Source: Lytechinus pictus (taxonomy: Eukaryota). From it: a stretch of 64,000 nt of DNA. The stretch covers positions 16,802,001 through 16,866,000 of the forward strand of contig NC_087253.1 in NCBI RefSeq assembly GCF_037042905.1, read 5' to 3'. Below are positions 27,589 to 41,668 of the stretch, piece after piece. The notes beneath the pieces are model-generated. The model ran no database searches. It worked only from the letters and a program-made list of their open reading frames with translations, and had not been told where the DNA came from. Each line of letters begins with the position of its first letter. Position 1 is the first letter of the stretch. Both the position numbers and the translations under genes were made by a program.

Positions 27589-28010
27589 GGTTAATTGCCA
27601 ATTTAACTAACTCGTCTACTCATCACCCAATCTACCTTCATTTGGTATAATGCCATTCTGTCTATCCACATTTCGTCTAACAACCATTTGGTCCTATATC
27701 CATCTGGTCCAATAATCACTTCGTCTAATCACCAGTTAGTCTCTGGCCATTTCGTCTCATTATCAGTTGGTGTTATATCCATTTTATTTTATTTCATTTC
27801 GCTCAATTAACACTTAGTCCAATCAGACCAAATGGTTTATGTATGAACTAAATGTCTAGGCGTATTGGATCAACTGGTCATCAGATGAAGTGGTGAGTGG
27901 ACGAAATGGCAATTAGACCATTTGGATAGTGGACATACTGAAAGTAGACCAAATGATAGTAGACGAGTTGGCAATTGGACGAATTGACATTGGACCAATC
28001 GAAAATAAAC
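27589..28010. mobile_element. Foldback-type element built from 15-16 bp subrepeats
   Basis: Left arm of CCATTT(C/G)GTC(T/C)A-type units and right arm of their reverse complements (AGACCAAATGG, GGACGAAATGG). Imperfect 9-bp flanking duplication TCTCTTTTC / TTCCTTTTC. Confidence 0.7.
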
Positions 28011-31000
28011 TTCCTTTTCTACACCGGATTGCTTGAATTGCGATGGCACTGCAAAATGACACACAGGCTATGTTTCGCAAAGCTTTTAAAGTCATGTAAT
28101 CGGTCTACCTCCTTTTTGATAATGAAAGCACCATTTCCTTGTTCATGTCCATGAGGAATTTATGGGTGAAACTACACCAATCCGGAGGCGCCACCTGCCC
28201 ACCAGGACATTTGATAAGGGGCAAGATGTACCTCAGCAGAAATTCATTTATTTTGTTAACACTATGGATTGTAATGCCATATCCTTTCCGTATCGTTTCT
28301 TTCTTTATTTCTTTTAGTGCTCTTTCTACCTCGTTTTCATTCTTTTTTATCTCTCTTATTTTGTTACTTGGCAAATCAGAGGGGACGCCCCCCCCCCCCT
28401 CAGCCACTTGTACCGTCACCATTGCATTAAGCCACTTGAGCAAAATGTTGTTCGGATGGTCTTCGAGAAAAATTGATTGTCCCTCTCATCCATTAACGCA
28501 TGCCTAATCTATCACTATAAAACATTATAGGAGCCATTCTTAGAGTTTGAGACCACTTGATCGAGCATAAAGTCACCATGCCATGGCCTACATTAATACA
28601 CGATATTCAGGTCGATATAAAAGGATAATGCACGCTCACGCGAAAGCTCGTGTCATATAACATAGACTTAAACATTAACATGAATATATGAGCTTAATAC
28701 ACGGATCTCCTTCTAGTCAAGCTAGAAAAGATTATGTTTAAACAATTCCTATCACGTACCAAGAAAAAGAAAACAACAATAAATGCATCCAAGCAAATTG
28801 TGAAAATCTCGAGTGATTTTTGTTGCAGAAATCATTAATCATGAAAACAAATTAACATAAAATTTCTCTAAGTACAATTTGAAACCATAAAACGAATAAA
28901 ATTATGTTTTCTCTGAGCAATGTGTGAAATTTCTGCTTTTTCATACAAATTATGAATCTCTAGGACAAGTTAGCATTATAGGTTTTATCTAAGGAAGATT
29001 TAGAACTAATGGTGAATAAACATTAATTGCAGAACCTATTCATTAGGTCGAACGAATTAAAATAGATTTATGTGAACAAATTAATACATAAAGTTAAACA
29101 TCTTGAAAAGAAGATTTTATTTGATAACATAATAATCATTTCATAATAACTCAACTACTAGACGAAAGTGCTATCTAGGTAAGATATGAACCTATTATCT
29201 GATTTCAAAGCGATAAATTTATACTATTATTGGGTTTCCACCCCTGCCGACTCCCCCATATTATTTAAAAATAGACAGATAATAAAAATCACTTAGTGAC
29301 TGTGTCTATCTTGTATTTGTGTCCCTTTTTCTTCCACTCCCTCCACTCCCCCCCCCCCCTACTCCATGTTTTCTCTCATAATCTTTCCATTTCATTCTGG
29401 CATCCCATTTTTCATGTAACTCACATTCAAAAATGTTACTTGTTCAATTTCTTCTCTCACATTTCCTCATTCAATCAGGTCCATTCAAATCCACCTCGTC
29501 TTACAAAGTACTCTCCTTACTTTAAATGACAGGAATTCATCACATTCCTCAAAATTGAATGAGAAAAGGATGAACGGGAAATGCGCAGAAAATGAGATCG
29601 ATTAGACAATCTACCCTCTCCTCTGAAATTCTTAAGTGATTGGATCTTTGTCTGATGAAGTTACGGTTTGTGTTGCCTTGTTGGGAGGATGTGCAGGGAT
29701 CAGGAGGGTTAATTACATGGGTGATGAAGGGGGCGGTGAAAGTTAATGAGGGGTTTGGTATGGGTGGTCTCGTAGCCGGGGTTTGGGAAGACGCAAGGAG
29801 GGAGATGCGAGGAGGGATTTGAGGCTCGGAGGCTGAGACACGATTGATGCTGGGTATTGATTATCGAAGAATAAGCGAACGACGAGATGAGATCACAGGG
29901 GGATTATGCAGGGAATTGGAGGCAAAGTAGGGGTAAATGGCATATAATATGGGCGGGACGGTGCATTCTGGATAACATGGGGGATATGCGGGCAAGGAGG
30001 AGGAAACTTGTGAGGATGATGCCGCTGTTGGTAATGATGTAGATGGTAGTGATGGCACCAATTATGATGGTGATGACGATGTTGTTGGTGATGATGAGGA
30101 GGAGGAGGAGGAAAAGGAGGAGGAGGTTGCTCATAATAAAGACGATGGCGCCTCAGCTCTTCAGAATCGGGTTATTTTAGATTGACCATCATTAAAGAAA
30201 AAAATTATGGTTGCGATATCGATGACAGCGACGGAGCCAACGTCACTGATAGTGCTTATAACGACGACGACGCCGATGATGGCAATGGCGATATTTTATT
30301 TAACAATACTGTTTTCAAGAATGCACTTTTTTACTTTTACAACGTTTCTCAATTTCTAAGCGATTACAAATCAATATTTTAAATAAACAAAGTATATTCT
30401 CATGAAATATGCAACTCCGACTTTCTGTTCGAATAAAAATATGGCAGATGTGTTGTAGGTATCGTAATCATACAGGTGTATGACGAAAATGATGCTACAG
30501 CGACGGGATAGATTATAGGGAATTCGAATTATTTTCAGAAATCTCAGAAGCGATTGTCATTCAAAAGGACAAAGGCAGATTAATAAGGGAAAACCGATAG
30601 AGAATAGGAATGCACTTTCAATATAGGTCAAGCAAACAGAATCAATTTCATGCTGTTTGAAGTCCATGAAAAAGAAATAGAATAATGATGAAAGCTTCCA
30701 AGAATAACAATGCTCCAATCAGTTTCTGAAACATAGATGAGGCATCATTCATAATATTATGTTGAGAAATGATAGAAATTATAACTATGTATAGCCAAAG
30801 TGGAATAATTAATTATGTCTGAAAGAAATTAACTTTTTGATGTATTTTTGCATAATCAGGTCGTTACCATGACGAAATAGCTAAATAATTCAGGGGTATA
30901 AGAATTCATGACGCAATTGCAAAAAATACATCAAAAGGATAACCAATCCTCTTTTTTATGGAAGGACCATTTTACTTTTATTATATGATATTTGTAAAAC

Positions 31001-34000
31001 AAAATATTGCGTCTTTTGAGTAGGATGATGGCTATTTATTCCTGATAACGCGGGTTTAAAGCTGCAATTAAAGATGTAAAGATTAAAGTTTGACAAACCT
31101 ACAAAAACAAACTTTACCTTCTAGGAATAGGCCAATATGTTTTTTTCAATCGTATTATAATCCAGCGAATAGTCCGGAGCGCGTTGTAAAAAACAAGATA
31201 TATAATATTAACTTGCAATTGGAGGAGTTTATTCTATAATATCAAATCTTGATGTAACTCGAACAGCCAATCGAGATCAAGTATTCCATTACGAGTTACT
31301 TTATAATATCAAAGTTAATTTCAGAGTGAATTTCATGAAAATATTTTTTTCTTTTTCTTTAATGTGACTGGTAAATTGGCAATGCGATACCAATGGTTTC
31401 AATTCGAATACATACAAGATTAGATATGAATTTGTAAATCTGAAAAATCGAAAAATTTGGAGTTGCAACCTTGTTGCAGGAAAGGTACTCAAAAATCCGA
31501 TTTATGAATATCAGATGACTATTAAATCATGTGGGAAGGACATTATAATAGGATCATGTCATAAAATCATTGGTTACATTGGCATCACTATGTTGTAGGA
31601 GAACGCGGTGCTGTACTGAAAAACAACAATGTTATTGGGAAATGATTGGGCTATAATTCGCTTTCAATTTTGAGCTCTGGATTCCAGGTAGTAAATTGGT
31701 ATTTAGGTCGGGTTTCGTCATTAGTTTGTTTTATAGATAAGCCACTAGATAGAAGTTAATAGATAGTTTCGGCGGGCAGCCAGCCTATGTTATATGAATG
31801 TGAGTGAGTGGTTGTGCGTGTTGGGGGTAATTCTATTTTGATAAAGCAAGACAATTGACAACAAAGTTTCAATGATAAATTCCAATTTTATCATCATCGT
31901 CATCATCAGCCCTACCGCCCTACCATAATCATCACCATCGACGTCATCTTCGTCGTCGGCGTCATGATCATAATCGTCGTCATAATCATCATCGTCTACG
32001 TCATTTTCATAAAAACAACGGCAATATCAACAATATTAATATTACCAGCACCACGATCGCCACCGTGTTAATCATTAGAGGCCACACTATTCCCACATTT
32101 GAATAGAACAAAAAATAGGCGTTAATCAACATAAAAAGGGGAGAGAAAGTGGGAGAGGTGGAGACCAGAGAGACAGAGAAAGGGTGAAAGGGGAGGAGCA
32201 TCATCGATTGATGGAATAATCTATGAAACGTCTTTTTCCCCCTGTTAATGTTTTATCATGCGTGTATCGATTAATAACCAAATCATATTAACATGCTAAT
32301 ACGTAGCAAAAATAGCAAATATTTATTATATTTTTCCAGTTACGGTTAAGGGGGTCGGTGAACATCGGTATGCGAATAAAAGCTTAATTGTTTTTAACGC
32401 AATTTTATTGGCAACTTTTAGGTCTTTTAAATATTGAAATATATATGAATACAACAAAAAGATCGGGTACAGTCGTTCGTCTGATAATGAATAATTGATT
32501 ACCATTTCATTAACAAATCATATTTTTATATTTATTTTTATTGAAACAAAGGGATAGGTTTGCGTTCCCATGGAACGCCATTGATGTAAATGCATAAACG
32601 ATTACCCAAATGACAAATTTAGAATACTTGTGAGGAACAGTGACAATTGTTAGTCTACCAACTCAGAGACACAGAGAACATATCGCTCTTAACCCATTCA
32701 ATTCTGAGTTATGTAAATATTGTATGCTTCGTAAGGGGCATCTATTTCTAGTAAGTACTCGAGTATCGGTTCCTAAATCAAACTTACAAACAGGGGGTTA
32801 TATAGTCAATCGTATGAACATCCAATATGACTGATTTCCTGCTCTAGCTATGGAACTGACTTTAGATAACCCAGATTAAAGATAGTTATAGATTGGAGCT
32901 ATGCACTCTAATTTATGGTATCTGAATCCACTATAGCTCTAGCTTCGATATGTGTTTTTTATTCTCTCTCAAAGTATATTTTTAATTGGCCCCCTAATAC
33001 AACTTTATATGGAAGTTAAAGAGTATATCATTTCTTTGCGGAAATATGACGTATTCAGTTGGTCTTAGTGCCTCCCATTTTAAACTCAAATCACTCGTGT
33101 CTCCTCTTGCTCTAAACATACCGCGAACATTACAATGATCCTTTCGCATATAGATCAAGACCTAGAAACCTCCTTCAAGAGTTTTACAAGGAAGGAGAGG
33201 GAGGCGAGCTTTGATTCAATTTCTCATGGAAAGGAAAATTAAGTTTCATTTCTGCATGACGTCATATTTTCAATAAGGCATAATGCCGACATAATGTATT
33301 TGGCGTTATATTAATAGTTATGTTCCCTCAATATATAGGATGGGACTTGAACCGTGTTAGAGCTATTCGTTGGGTCTTCGGATTACTTTGAAGCTTGACT
33401 AATACTTATTAAAGTGATTCATTTACGCCATGAGAAGGGGGGGGTGATTATTATAAAGAGGGCCGGACAAATTTATGGATTTATTTTAGTCTGATAAGAT
33501 AATGCATTCCCGACACGAGTTAGGTGGTGTAATAACATTTCCAAGAATAATTTTTGATGATAGTAACTTTTGAGTTATGTGTGATTTATTTAGCCTTTGT
33601 AATCATTTTTTATAATAATGTCACCACCTAATATCATCCTCTTCCTACCTCCCCACCCCTTTATACTCTACCTTCCATTTAATACGTCTTTTCAATTAAT
33701 GCTCTTCTTTCAGCATTTCTTCCCCCTTCTTATTGTTCTTCTTATTTCTCTTCTCATTCTCCTCCTCATCCTTCTTTTTCTTCACCCCACGCCACAAACG
33801 CACACACAAATACGGACCCACATACACACTTTCAAAATTGTTATGTACATCCAACATCTCTTTCTTCATCTTCTTTCACACACTGAAATTTAACAACCCC
33901 AACCTACCACCCCCCCCCTCCCCCTCCTACTCTTCATATTCCACGAAAATTAGAGCAAAGCCAGTCGGTTTTTCTGATCCTCACCCTACATCTAGAGACC

Positions 34001-34239
34001 ATTTCCTGCCTATTGTAGCCAAATCATGTACGTGATTGAAAATAACATACTGACCCATATATCCCAGAACTGCTACACTTTCTGAAACTCTGACCAATCT
34101 GCGCCGCAAAGGAAGACGGGTTACTATATTGGCTATAGTCGTCGGCCCAAATGTCGGCCACTGAATGAAAGTCTTGAGAGTGTTCGATCAAAAATAAAAA
34201 GGGGATAAAAACTAGGTGACTGTTCGTTCTAGTTGGTAT

Positions 34240-34760
34240 ACAAGTGTTTCGTTCTGTTCGGATAATATCAAAAGATTGATGGAAGCGAGAAAGTAATATA
34301 TGGGCATCCTTGATTGCTGGTTTTATGAAAAAGGCAGGGGGCAAGAATCCCACAAAATGATCACGCCCTAACAGAAGAAAAACCGGAGATAAAACATTTC
34401 TCCTCATGGGAACATCCGAAGAATACAAACGATTTACAGACTGCTAGAGTTATGAAATAACGAGGGGCGGCTGGATGATAAATTGTGACCAATTCCCAAG
34501 CATCAAGAGACTGAAAAAATCCACTTGCAATTATTAAATAGACAGATGGACGCATTCAATATCATTTCTATCGAAATTAAGATGTTTGTCAATGTTGCTA
34601 TTTCTTAATAAATATTCATTTATTGAAGGGAACTTCTATTAACAATTTATGCTTTCCGGGAGGTTTTCCTTTCATTTTATTACATTACTTCATATTTCGC
34701 TTTACTCTGTAATTTTGTTGAAAATTTGAAATGAAAAAAAAAATCGTTATCAATCAATAA
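34240..34760 (+). mobile_element. Possible highly degraded CR1/L2 3' fragment
   Basis: Weak remnants (SVRIISK, AFNIISIEIK) followed by a T-rich tract and an AATC-type tail. Confidence 0.3.
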
Positions 34761-35388
34761 AAAAAGACGAAATATCTTGTCATTCAAACGAATATTACAT
34801 ATTTATTTTGACGAGGATATTCAATTTTTTTAATAAAAAAAAAACATATAAGTGCCCTCTGTAATTGTATCTATCCATAAACTTGAATGTATTTTCTATA
34901 AAGTAGTGGTATTAAAAAAAATGAAAAGACAACTCAACAGCTGAAATCCGATTGTGTTAATATCACTTATTGCCTTTGGAAGACAAGTCTCTAACAAGCT
35001 CTTTATTTGTCACGAGAAAACTATTTTATTTTATTTTACTATGATAAAAAAAAAACTCCCTTGAACCTTGTTAATCGCATCCAAGTAGTTGTGTACACGA
35101 ATTATAAATCATACCAAAGTATTCATGTTTTGACTCGTAAAGACACCTTCTTTGTTCAGATCTATGATTTGAAAGTAGTGTTTGCAAATAATGGGGGATA
35201 CTTCTAAATTATATTACAGGTCACGTTCCAAATGTTCCATTTATGAATGGGTTTCTGGGTTATTGTGATGAATTATGCAAGTGATCAGGCTTTTCGAAGC
35301 AAGTTGGAAATGATAATGATTATGCTGTAAGGGCCAAAATAATTTTAAAATCCCATTTAAAAGGTATCGGGTATCGTATTGTACAACG

Positions 35389-35727
35389 CAAGGGCGGAAA
35401 TCTCTCCAAAAGGTAGGGGACCAGGGGCTGGAAAATCTGACAAGGAAATAAAAAGAAAAGAAAGAGGGTTATCATCCCAAATGTCAGGTCATTTCGACCA
35501 AAATAAATTTGACAAGCAAAAAAAAAGTTATCACCCCAAAAATAAGGTAATCTCGTCCAACATACATATTTTATTTCGATTTTGAATGATGTACATGTAT
35601 CTCTTTCCATCAGAAGAGACCAAAAATAGTAGGGGGACATTTGATATTGTGCCCCCCCCCTACTAATTTAGGTAGGGGAACGCGTCCCCCTGCCCCCCCC
35701 CCCCCCCCCCCCGGATTTCCGCCCATG
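35389..35727. mobile_element. Non-autonomous hAT element
   Basis: TIR CAAGGGCGGAAATC / GATTTCCGCCCATG with an exact 8-bp TSD GTACAACG (35381-35388 and 35728-35735). Confidence 0.9.
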
Positions 35728-36279
35728 GTACAACGTGGATAGTAGAGAACTTAGAAAAGAAAGGGAGAGCTGGTGAGAGAGGGAAAAAAGAAAAAGAAAT
35801 AAGAGATAGAAAGAATGAGAGCGAGAGGGAGAGGGGAGAGAGGGGGATAGAGGAGGAGTGACAGATTGATAGAGGGGTCGTACACAATGGGATTAGAAAA
35901 TAAACCACAAATTGACTTTGAAAAAGTGGTAGTTTCCCATACATATCTAATCAAGCGAGCAATTTGTGCAAACATCATTAAGATTGTCTAATAACCATGC
36001 ATTATGTATGATAGGAGAAAGGCAAAATGAGAGCCTACTAACAAGTACGTCTTCCATTGTTACGTCAATTTGATAGCACAGCTGCGGTCATGGAAGAGAA
36101 ACGTTATCTTATATCATCCCCGTTTTGTTCAAAAAGGGAGGGAAATGGATGATGGATGATAACAAAATATGTCATCTGATTTTTGTATGAGGATTTGCCA
36201 ATGTCAATCGCATCGTCGCATGTATTCCACTTTGTGAACACTGTATGATATTGCGTTCGTTGATCCCCAAGGCTTCATT

Positions 36280-36615
36280 CTAGAAGTAGAAGTAGCAGTA
36301 GTATGAGTAATAGAAGTAAAAGTAGTAGTAGTAGTAAGTTGTAGTAGTAGTAGTAGTAGTAGTCGTAGAATTAGGAGTAATAGTAGATGAAGTAATAGTG
36401 GNNNNNNNNNNNNNNNNNNNNNNNNNNNNNNNNNNNNNNNNNNNNNNNNNNNNNNNNNNNNNNNNNNNNNNNNNNNNNNNNNNNNNNNNNNNNNNNNNNN
36501 NNNNNNNNNNNNNNNNNNNNNNNNNNNNNNNNNNNNNNGTAGTCGTGGTAGTAGTAGTAGTAGTAATGGTAGAATTAGGAGTAATAGTAGATGAAGTAAG
36601 AGTAGGAGGAATAGG

Positions 36616-36655
<40 letters not shown>

Positions 36656-36725
36656 TAGTATAGTAGTAAAAGTAGTAGTAATTCTGTAGAAGTAGTGGTA
36701 GTAGTTATAATAATAATAATAGTAT
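36280..36725. repeat. (TAG)n microsatellite spanning an assembly gap
   Basis: GTA/TAG array interrupted by Ns. Confidence 0.95.
36402..36538. other. Assembly gap (137 N)
   Basis: Run of N. Confidence 1.
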
Positions 36726-37552
36726 AATGCAAGTCTACAGCAACTGACATACTGAATATTGTTATGAAAATTCCTTGAAATAATAATTAATGCATAATTG
36801 AGATCAACTTTGATCTTTGAGAAAAACGTACCGTTTTAGGCGCAAAGGACGAATTTCTTGGCAAACTGGAGTAGGAAAACGGATAACGATACAGTTATTG
36901 ATCTGCGATGTGTCTCCTCAGTAAGCAAACAGAAAAATGATGTAGAAATGGTAACAAGTGGCAGATCAGAATGGAAAAGACCGCTGTGAACAATGTAAAT
37001 ATTGACATAAATTTATGGTTTATGGTTTGATGGCAGCTGATGGTCAAGTACGGCTAATTCTGAGCTCAAAACTGACGGCTCACATTTTGATGACATGTCG
37101 AGCTCTAATGGAGCATGCATCCGAAGTCTAATCCGGTTACTTCCCCCCCCCCTCTTCCCCATTCCATTTTCTGATATTTTTCACCGTTTCCATTTTTTTT
37201 TGTATTTCTTAATTTGTATCATTTAACTTCCTTGTTGATGTTATTATGGTTTAAATGATTATTCCTTCACCCTCTCTCACCTCACTTGTTTCTTTCTTTT
37301 CTCTTCTCAGTCATGTTTTCCCCTACTTAAGATTTTTTTCTTTTTAACGTATCATTCAACCTGTTTCTTTTTTCACTTTCTTTTTTTTTTCGTTTCCTCT
37401 AACTGTTCCTCCCTTCATTTGAACCTTCATATTTTTAATTCTCCTTCACTCTTTTTATCTCTCTCTCTCTCTTTCACACACATACACACACACCTTCTGT
37501 CTAATATCTATCTTACTTTCTTTCTATTTTTATTTCTACATATCTATCAATC

Positions 37553-38137
37553 CGCATACATTCGTAATTCCGAAGCTTCGTTATTCCGAACGTTCGGATA
37601 TTTCGAAGGTTCGATATACCGAAGGTTCGTATTTCCGAAAGCTCGTAATTCCGAAAGTTCGTTAGTCCGAAAACGAAATTGAGGTTCGTAATTCCGAAGG
37701 TTCGTTAGTCCGAAAATGAAGTGAGGTTCGTAATTCCGAAGGTTCGTTAATCCGAAAACGTAATGAGGTTCGTAATTCCGAAGGTTCGTTAGTCCGAAAA
37801 CGAAATGATTAACGAACCTTATTTCGTTTTCGGACTAACGAACCTTCGGATCAACGAACCTTATTTCGTTTTCGGATTAACGAACCTTCGGAACATCGAA
37901 CCTTATTTCGTTTTCGGATTATCGAACCTTCGGAACAACGAACCTTATTTCGTTTTCGGATTAACGAACCTTCGGAACATCGAACCTTATTTCGTTTTCG
38001 GATTATCGAACCTTCGGAATAACGATCCTTCGGAATAACGCCACAAATGTTCGGATTAACGATCCCTTTTACGTTTATGGATTAACGAACATCGAGGTAT
38101 AAGCAATTTACGTGTTTCGGAATTACGAAGTGTAACC
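37553..38137. mobile_element. Foldback (Mutator-like) element of 16-bp subunits in 42-bp higher-order repeats
   Basis: GGTTCGT(A/T)A(T/G)TCCGAA units switch strand near 37808. Exact 9-bp TSD CTATCAATC at 37544-37552 and 38138-38146. Confidence 0.85.
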
Positions 38138-38260
38138 CTATCAATCAATCCATTATATACATGTATATACATATATAATATATATATACAAATTTTGTTG
38201 ACATCTTCATAAAATTTGGATGATTATATTAATTTTGATGCACTCTTTGATAAGCATCTC

Positions 38261-38274
38261 GTTGCTATGGAAAC
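38261..38274. promoter_or_regulatory. RFX X-box
   Basis: GTTGCTATGGAAAC is a full-length match to the palindromic X-box consensus and lies beside a CpG-rich patch. Confidence 0.55.
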
Positions 38275-40869
38275 GCGAGTCATCGTCCACCCCGGCAAGG
38301 ATACACCGGACCCGGATTTCCTGACACGCGCGTGCTCGTAATGCAACAGTCACTCGGACGAAACCTACTCCAGACCGATCAAATCTATTACGTTATTACC
38401 AATGACATACCATCGGTCGGTTTGGATTCGGTTTCGTTGATGTGACTCTAGCTAAGAGTTGAAGCCGCAAACACTCGGTTAATATCAAAGAGACTCGGCG
38501 AAATGGAAAATGATAATTTTGTATTCCGCCTATCCCCTAGTCATTACCAGAAATAATAATTTAGGGATTTCGTGTCCTAAGCCTGTTTACAGGAGTGAGG
38601 TAAATCTGTCAGTACTGCTTTATTCGTGGATCATTCATTTAATAGTTTCTCCTGTGCATCTTTAATTGATTGAGTCGAAGATCAATTACATGAATCGCCC
38701 ACAGAGACCTACCTAATGAATGGGTTATCATCGTCATGCAACAGGCGTACATACTCACAATTCTTAAGGAGAGGTTTCTTTGACAATGACCCAATATTGG
38801 TGGTTGCAGGGCAATTTTTTTAACAATAAAAGGTCATCCTTTATTTGTTAGTATTGATGTAATCAAGTTCATGCTATCCGCCCTTTCATAAGGTTAGAAA
38901 GAAGTTTTACTAGGACTATCACCCACTTAAACAGTTACTAGGACTACCACCCACCTTTGATGTTCTGAGTTCTGACTAATTTGCAAAAAAATTGCAGCAC
39001 AACCATCACAAAAAAATAATAGATTAGGTTCGGAATTTACTCTTGAGTAAGAGGTACACCAAAACATAAATGAACTCTGCAACAAAATGTATTTCATTTG
39101 TATATATTCATTAAATTCAACTGAAAGGCACAACATATTTCACTTGAATTTATAGCATTGGGTGAAAAAAGAGCACTTCCTTTCCCTATACCGTCCAGTT
39201 AAGTATGAAAGCAAATCATCCGAGATCTACACTTCCATTCAGTTGTCATACATTTTCTCATTTAGTAAAGAGCATCATGCTAGCAATATAGATTTTTCAT
39301 TCATGAAATGCATTTCCTGAACATATTTTGAGACGGAGACGTAATGGACAAACCTTTTATCCTTTTTGTTTCACACATCTTACAGTCATGTTTATCAAAA
39401 TTTCCCCATGTAAGAAAACCGACATGGATATCAAACGAATCACTGACGGACATGAAATCTGAATTCCAAGCAAGCAGAACGAAAAAGAAAAACATATATA
39501 TAATTCAGATAGCCGTACAGCCCAATTAGCCAAAAACCCAAGAAGCCCTAAGATACATATTCTAGAATAAACTAACGAAAGAAGTTTTCAAACAAAGTTA
39601 AAGAACATAAAACACTCTTTATAAAAATATTCATACAGAAGGTCAATACCGACAAGAGACATTGCCCGAGGCACATACGATATAGCAACGCATAATCTAT
39701 ATATAGAGATCAAATTCATTCAGACTGCAGGTAACAACCAAGAGAACGGGTGAATAAAAGAATAATAATGAAAATATGATATGTTAGATCTAAAAAAAAC
39801 CTGGTCAAAGTTTGACTGATGTTATTGGCCAACTGTTAATTAAGTCTATGAAAACGTTCCTAAAACATAATTTGGATTAATGTTATAAAATCCATCATCA
39901 AATTTCAAAATGCAGATTAAAAAGGTGGTCCGAGAGTGTATCATTTCCAAGCATACGTGGAATTTTTTTAAGAACACGATCGTATCTTTGAAGAAATCCT
40001 CAAACAAATTATATATTCAAGCTGATGTCGTCTTAATTTACAAGAGCTTTCATTATCATCTTTGAAAAACGAGATATGAAAGTACTGCTTATCCCAAATA
40101 AGAACATGTCGGTCGTGATAGGATAGCCGAAAGTGCTGTCAAAATTTGTAACATGTCTCTTTTCCCCACAAGGTCGGATTAAAATAGGAATATGAAAGAC
40201 TCCTGACTAATCCCTTACTAATCCTAGCACTGAGAAATAGCTGCATCACAATGTTTTGATATGATATTACATTACATAGGCACAAACGACGGGGGCGTAT
40301 TGAAGCATTAAGATGATTTCTTTAAAAAATAATCCGCAAAAACCTCAAGAAAATGGGCATATGCTCATGTAATTATTATTCAAATGTTAGTGCTCTTAAA
40401 AGTTATAATAACTAAAAGAGTATTACCAAAGCGCTTATAGATGTTCAGGTGGTATTTTATAAAAGATGGTAGATTTAAACCCTGCTTACACGTTTTTACA
40501 CCATCCCATAATTAAATATCACACCTAATAGTCGGTTTACAAATACAGGAAATAATACATTAAAATGAGGATTAATCTAAGTTCTTTATTATTGCTAAAT
40601 CATTTTTTTTTTCAGAATATACGTTATGTACTTTTAAGATATTTGTATCTCGATTGATAATTTAAGACACAGTCTAGTTGAAAGGAAACGGCTTGCCCTC
40701 TTTTTAGTGTTTCGACCATTAACAAACAATTCCCTTAAAAGGGGGATTACGAAATGGCTAAATGGCTAAATCAGAATAGTATGTTTAGCATGAAAAGTAA
40801 GACATTAGCTGCGAGTGTTATGTAAAATCTCTATCCCCAAAGCCAAAAGCCATTGATAAGATTGATATA

Positions 40870-41668
40870 CAGTGCGTCCCAGAAAAAACGAAACCGAGAT
40901 TTAGCGATGATTTATCATAACTTTATCATCATAAATACAATAGACAAATGACCTACTATTGTAAAGCTTAGAATCTCCTCTTTCATCTGATATTACTTAG
41001 ATAATTCCTCATTCACGCATGAGTGAGCAAAAACAATTTGAAGAAAGGATACCAAAAACTCATTTGGCGGGGGATATCTGAATTTCAAAAAGAAAATCAC
41101 ATGCCTAAAAAGTTCAATATCTGCTCTTTTATTTGATACCTTAATCACAGAAAATGGTCAAGAAGTAAAAAAGTTATGTTCCCTCGAAAAAATGCTCGTA
41201 TTTCCATAATTTCATTGAATAAACGTGCTATCGCACGGTTAACAAAACACTTAATGCATGGCTGATCTTCAACAAAACGGAGTGTCGAGTGAGTTTGAAC
41301 GCTAGCCTGTAAAACATCTTCATTTTATGAAATAATTGAAATTCAAGCCTTATTTCAAATAACCAGAACTTTGGTATTATTGACCATTTTCTGTAATTGA
41401 GGTATCAAATTAAAGAGCAGCTATTGAACTTTCTAAAAGTGTTGTTTTCTTTTGGAAACCCAGATACAGCCCGCCAAGTGACTTTTTGGTATCCCCTCTT
41501 CAAATTGTCTTTGCTCACTCATGCGTGAATGAGAAATAATCTATGCAATTTCAGATGAAAGAGGAGATTCTAAGCTTTACAATGGTAGGTCATTTGTCTA
41601 CTGTATTTGTGATTAAGTTATGATAAATCATCGCTAAATCTCGGTTTCGTTTTTTCTGGGACGCACTA
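40870..41668. mobile_element. Tc1/mariner-type non-autonomous element, 799 bp, with TIRs of about 300 bp
   Basis: TA|CAGTGCGTCCCAGAAAAAACGAAACCG...CGGTTTCGTTTTTTCTGGGACGCACTA|TA. The arms align over about 40870-41176 and 41367-41668. Confidence 0.92.

Noticed and set aside
29640-30140. Gly/Asp/Glu-rich coding-like stretch
   Set aside because: Purine-rich low-complexity DNA with stops and no clear splice boundaries.
32043-32065. REST/RE1-like CAGCACCACG
   Set aside because: The GGACAG half-site is missing and it lies in low-complexity sequence.
36366-36600. Duplicated GTAGAATTAGGAGTAATAGTAGATGAAGTAA on both sides of the gap
   Set aside because: Probably overlapping contig ends or a microsatellite higher-order unit; it cannot be interpreted across Ns.
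37561-38040. CRISPR-like appearance and repetitive 77-aa ORF (37805-38038)
   Set aside because: No unique spacers or cas genes; the units are contiguous, invert mid-array and sit inside a 9-bp TSD, so it is a foldback transposon.
12431-38452. Apparent ~13-kb periodicity of the hairpin repeat (12.4, 25.3, 38.3 kb)
   Set aside because: Copies at 14.4, 54.0 and 59.7 kb break the period, so it is likely chance.
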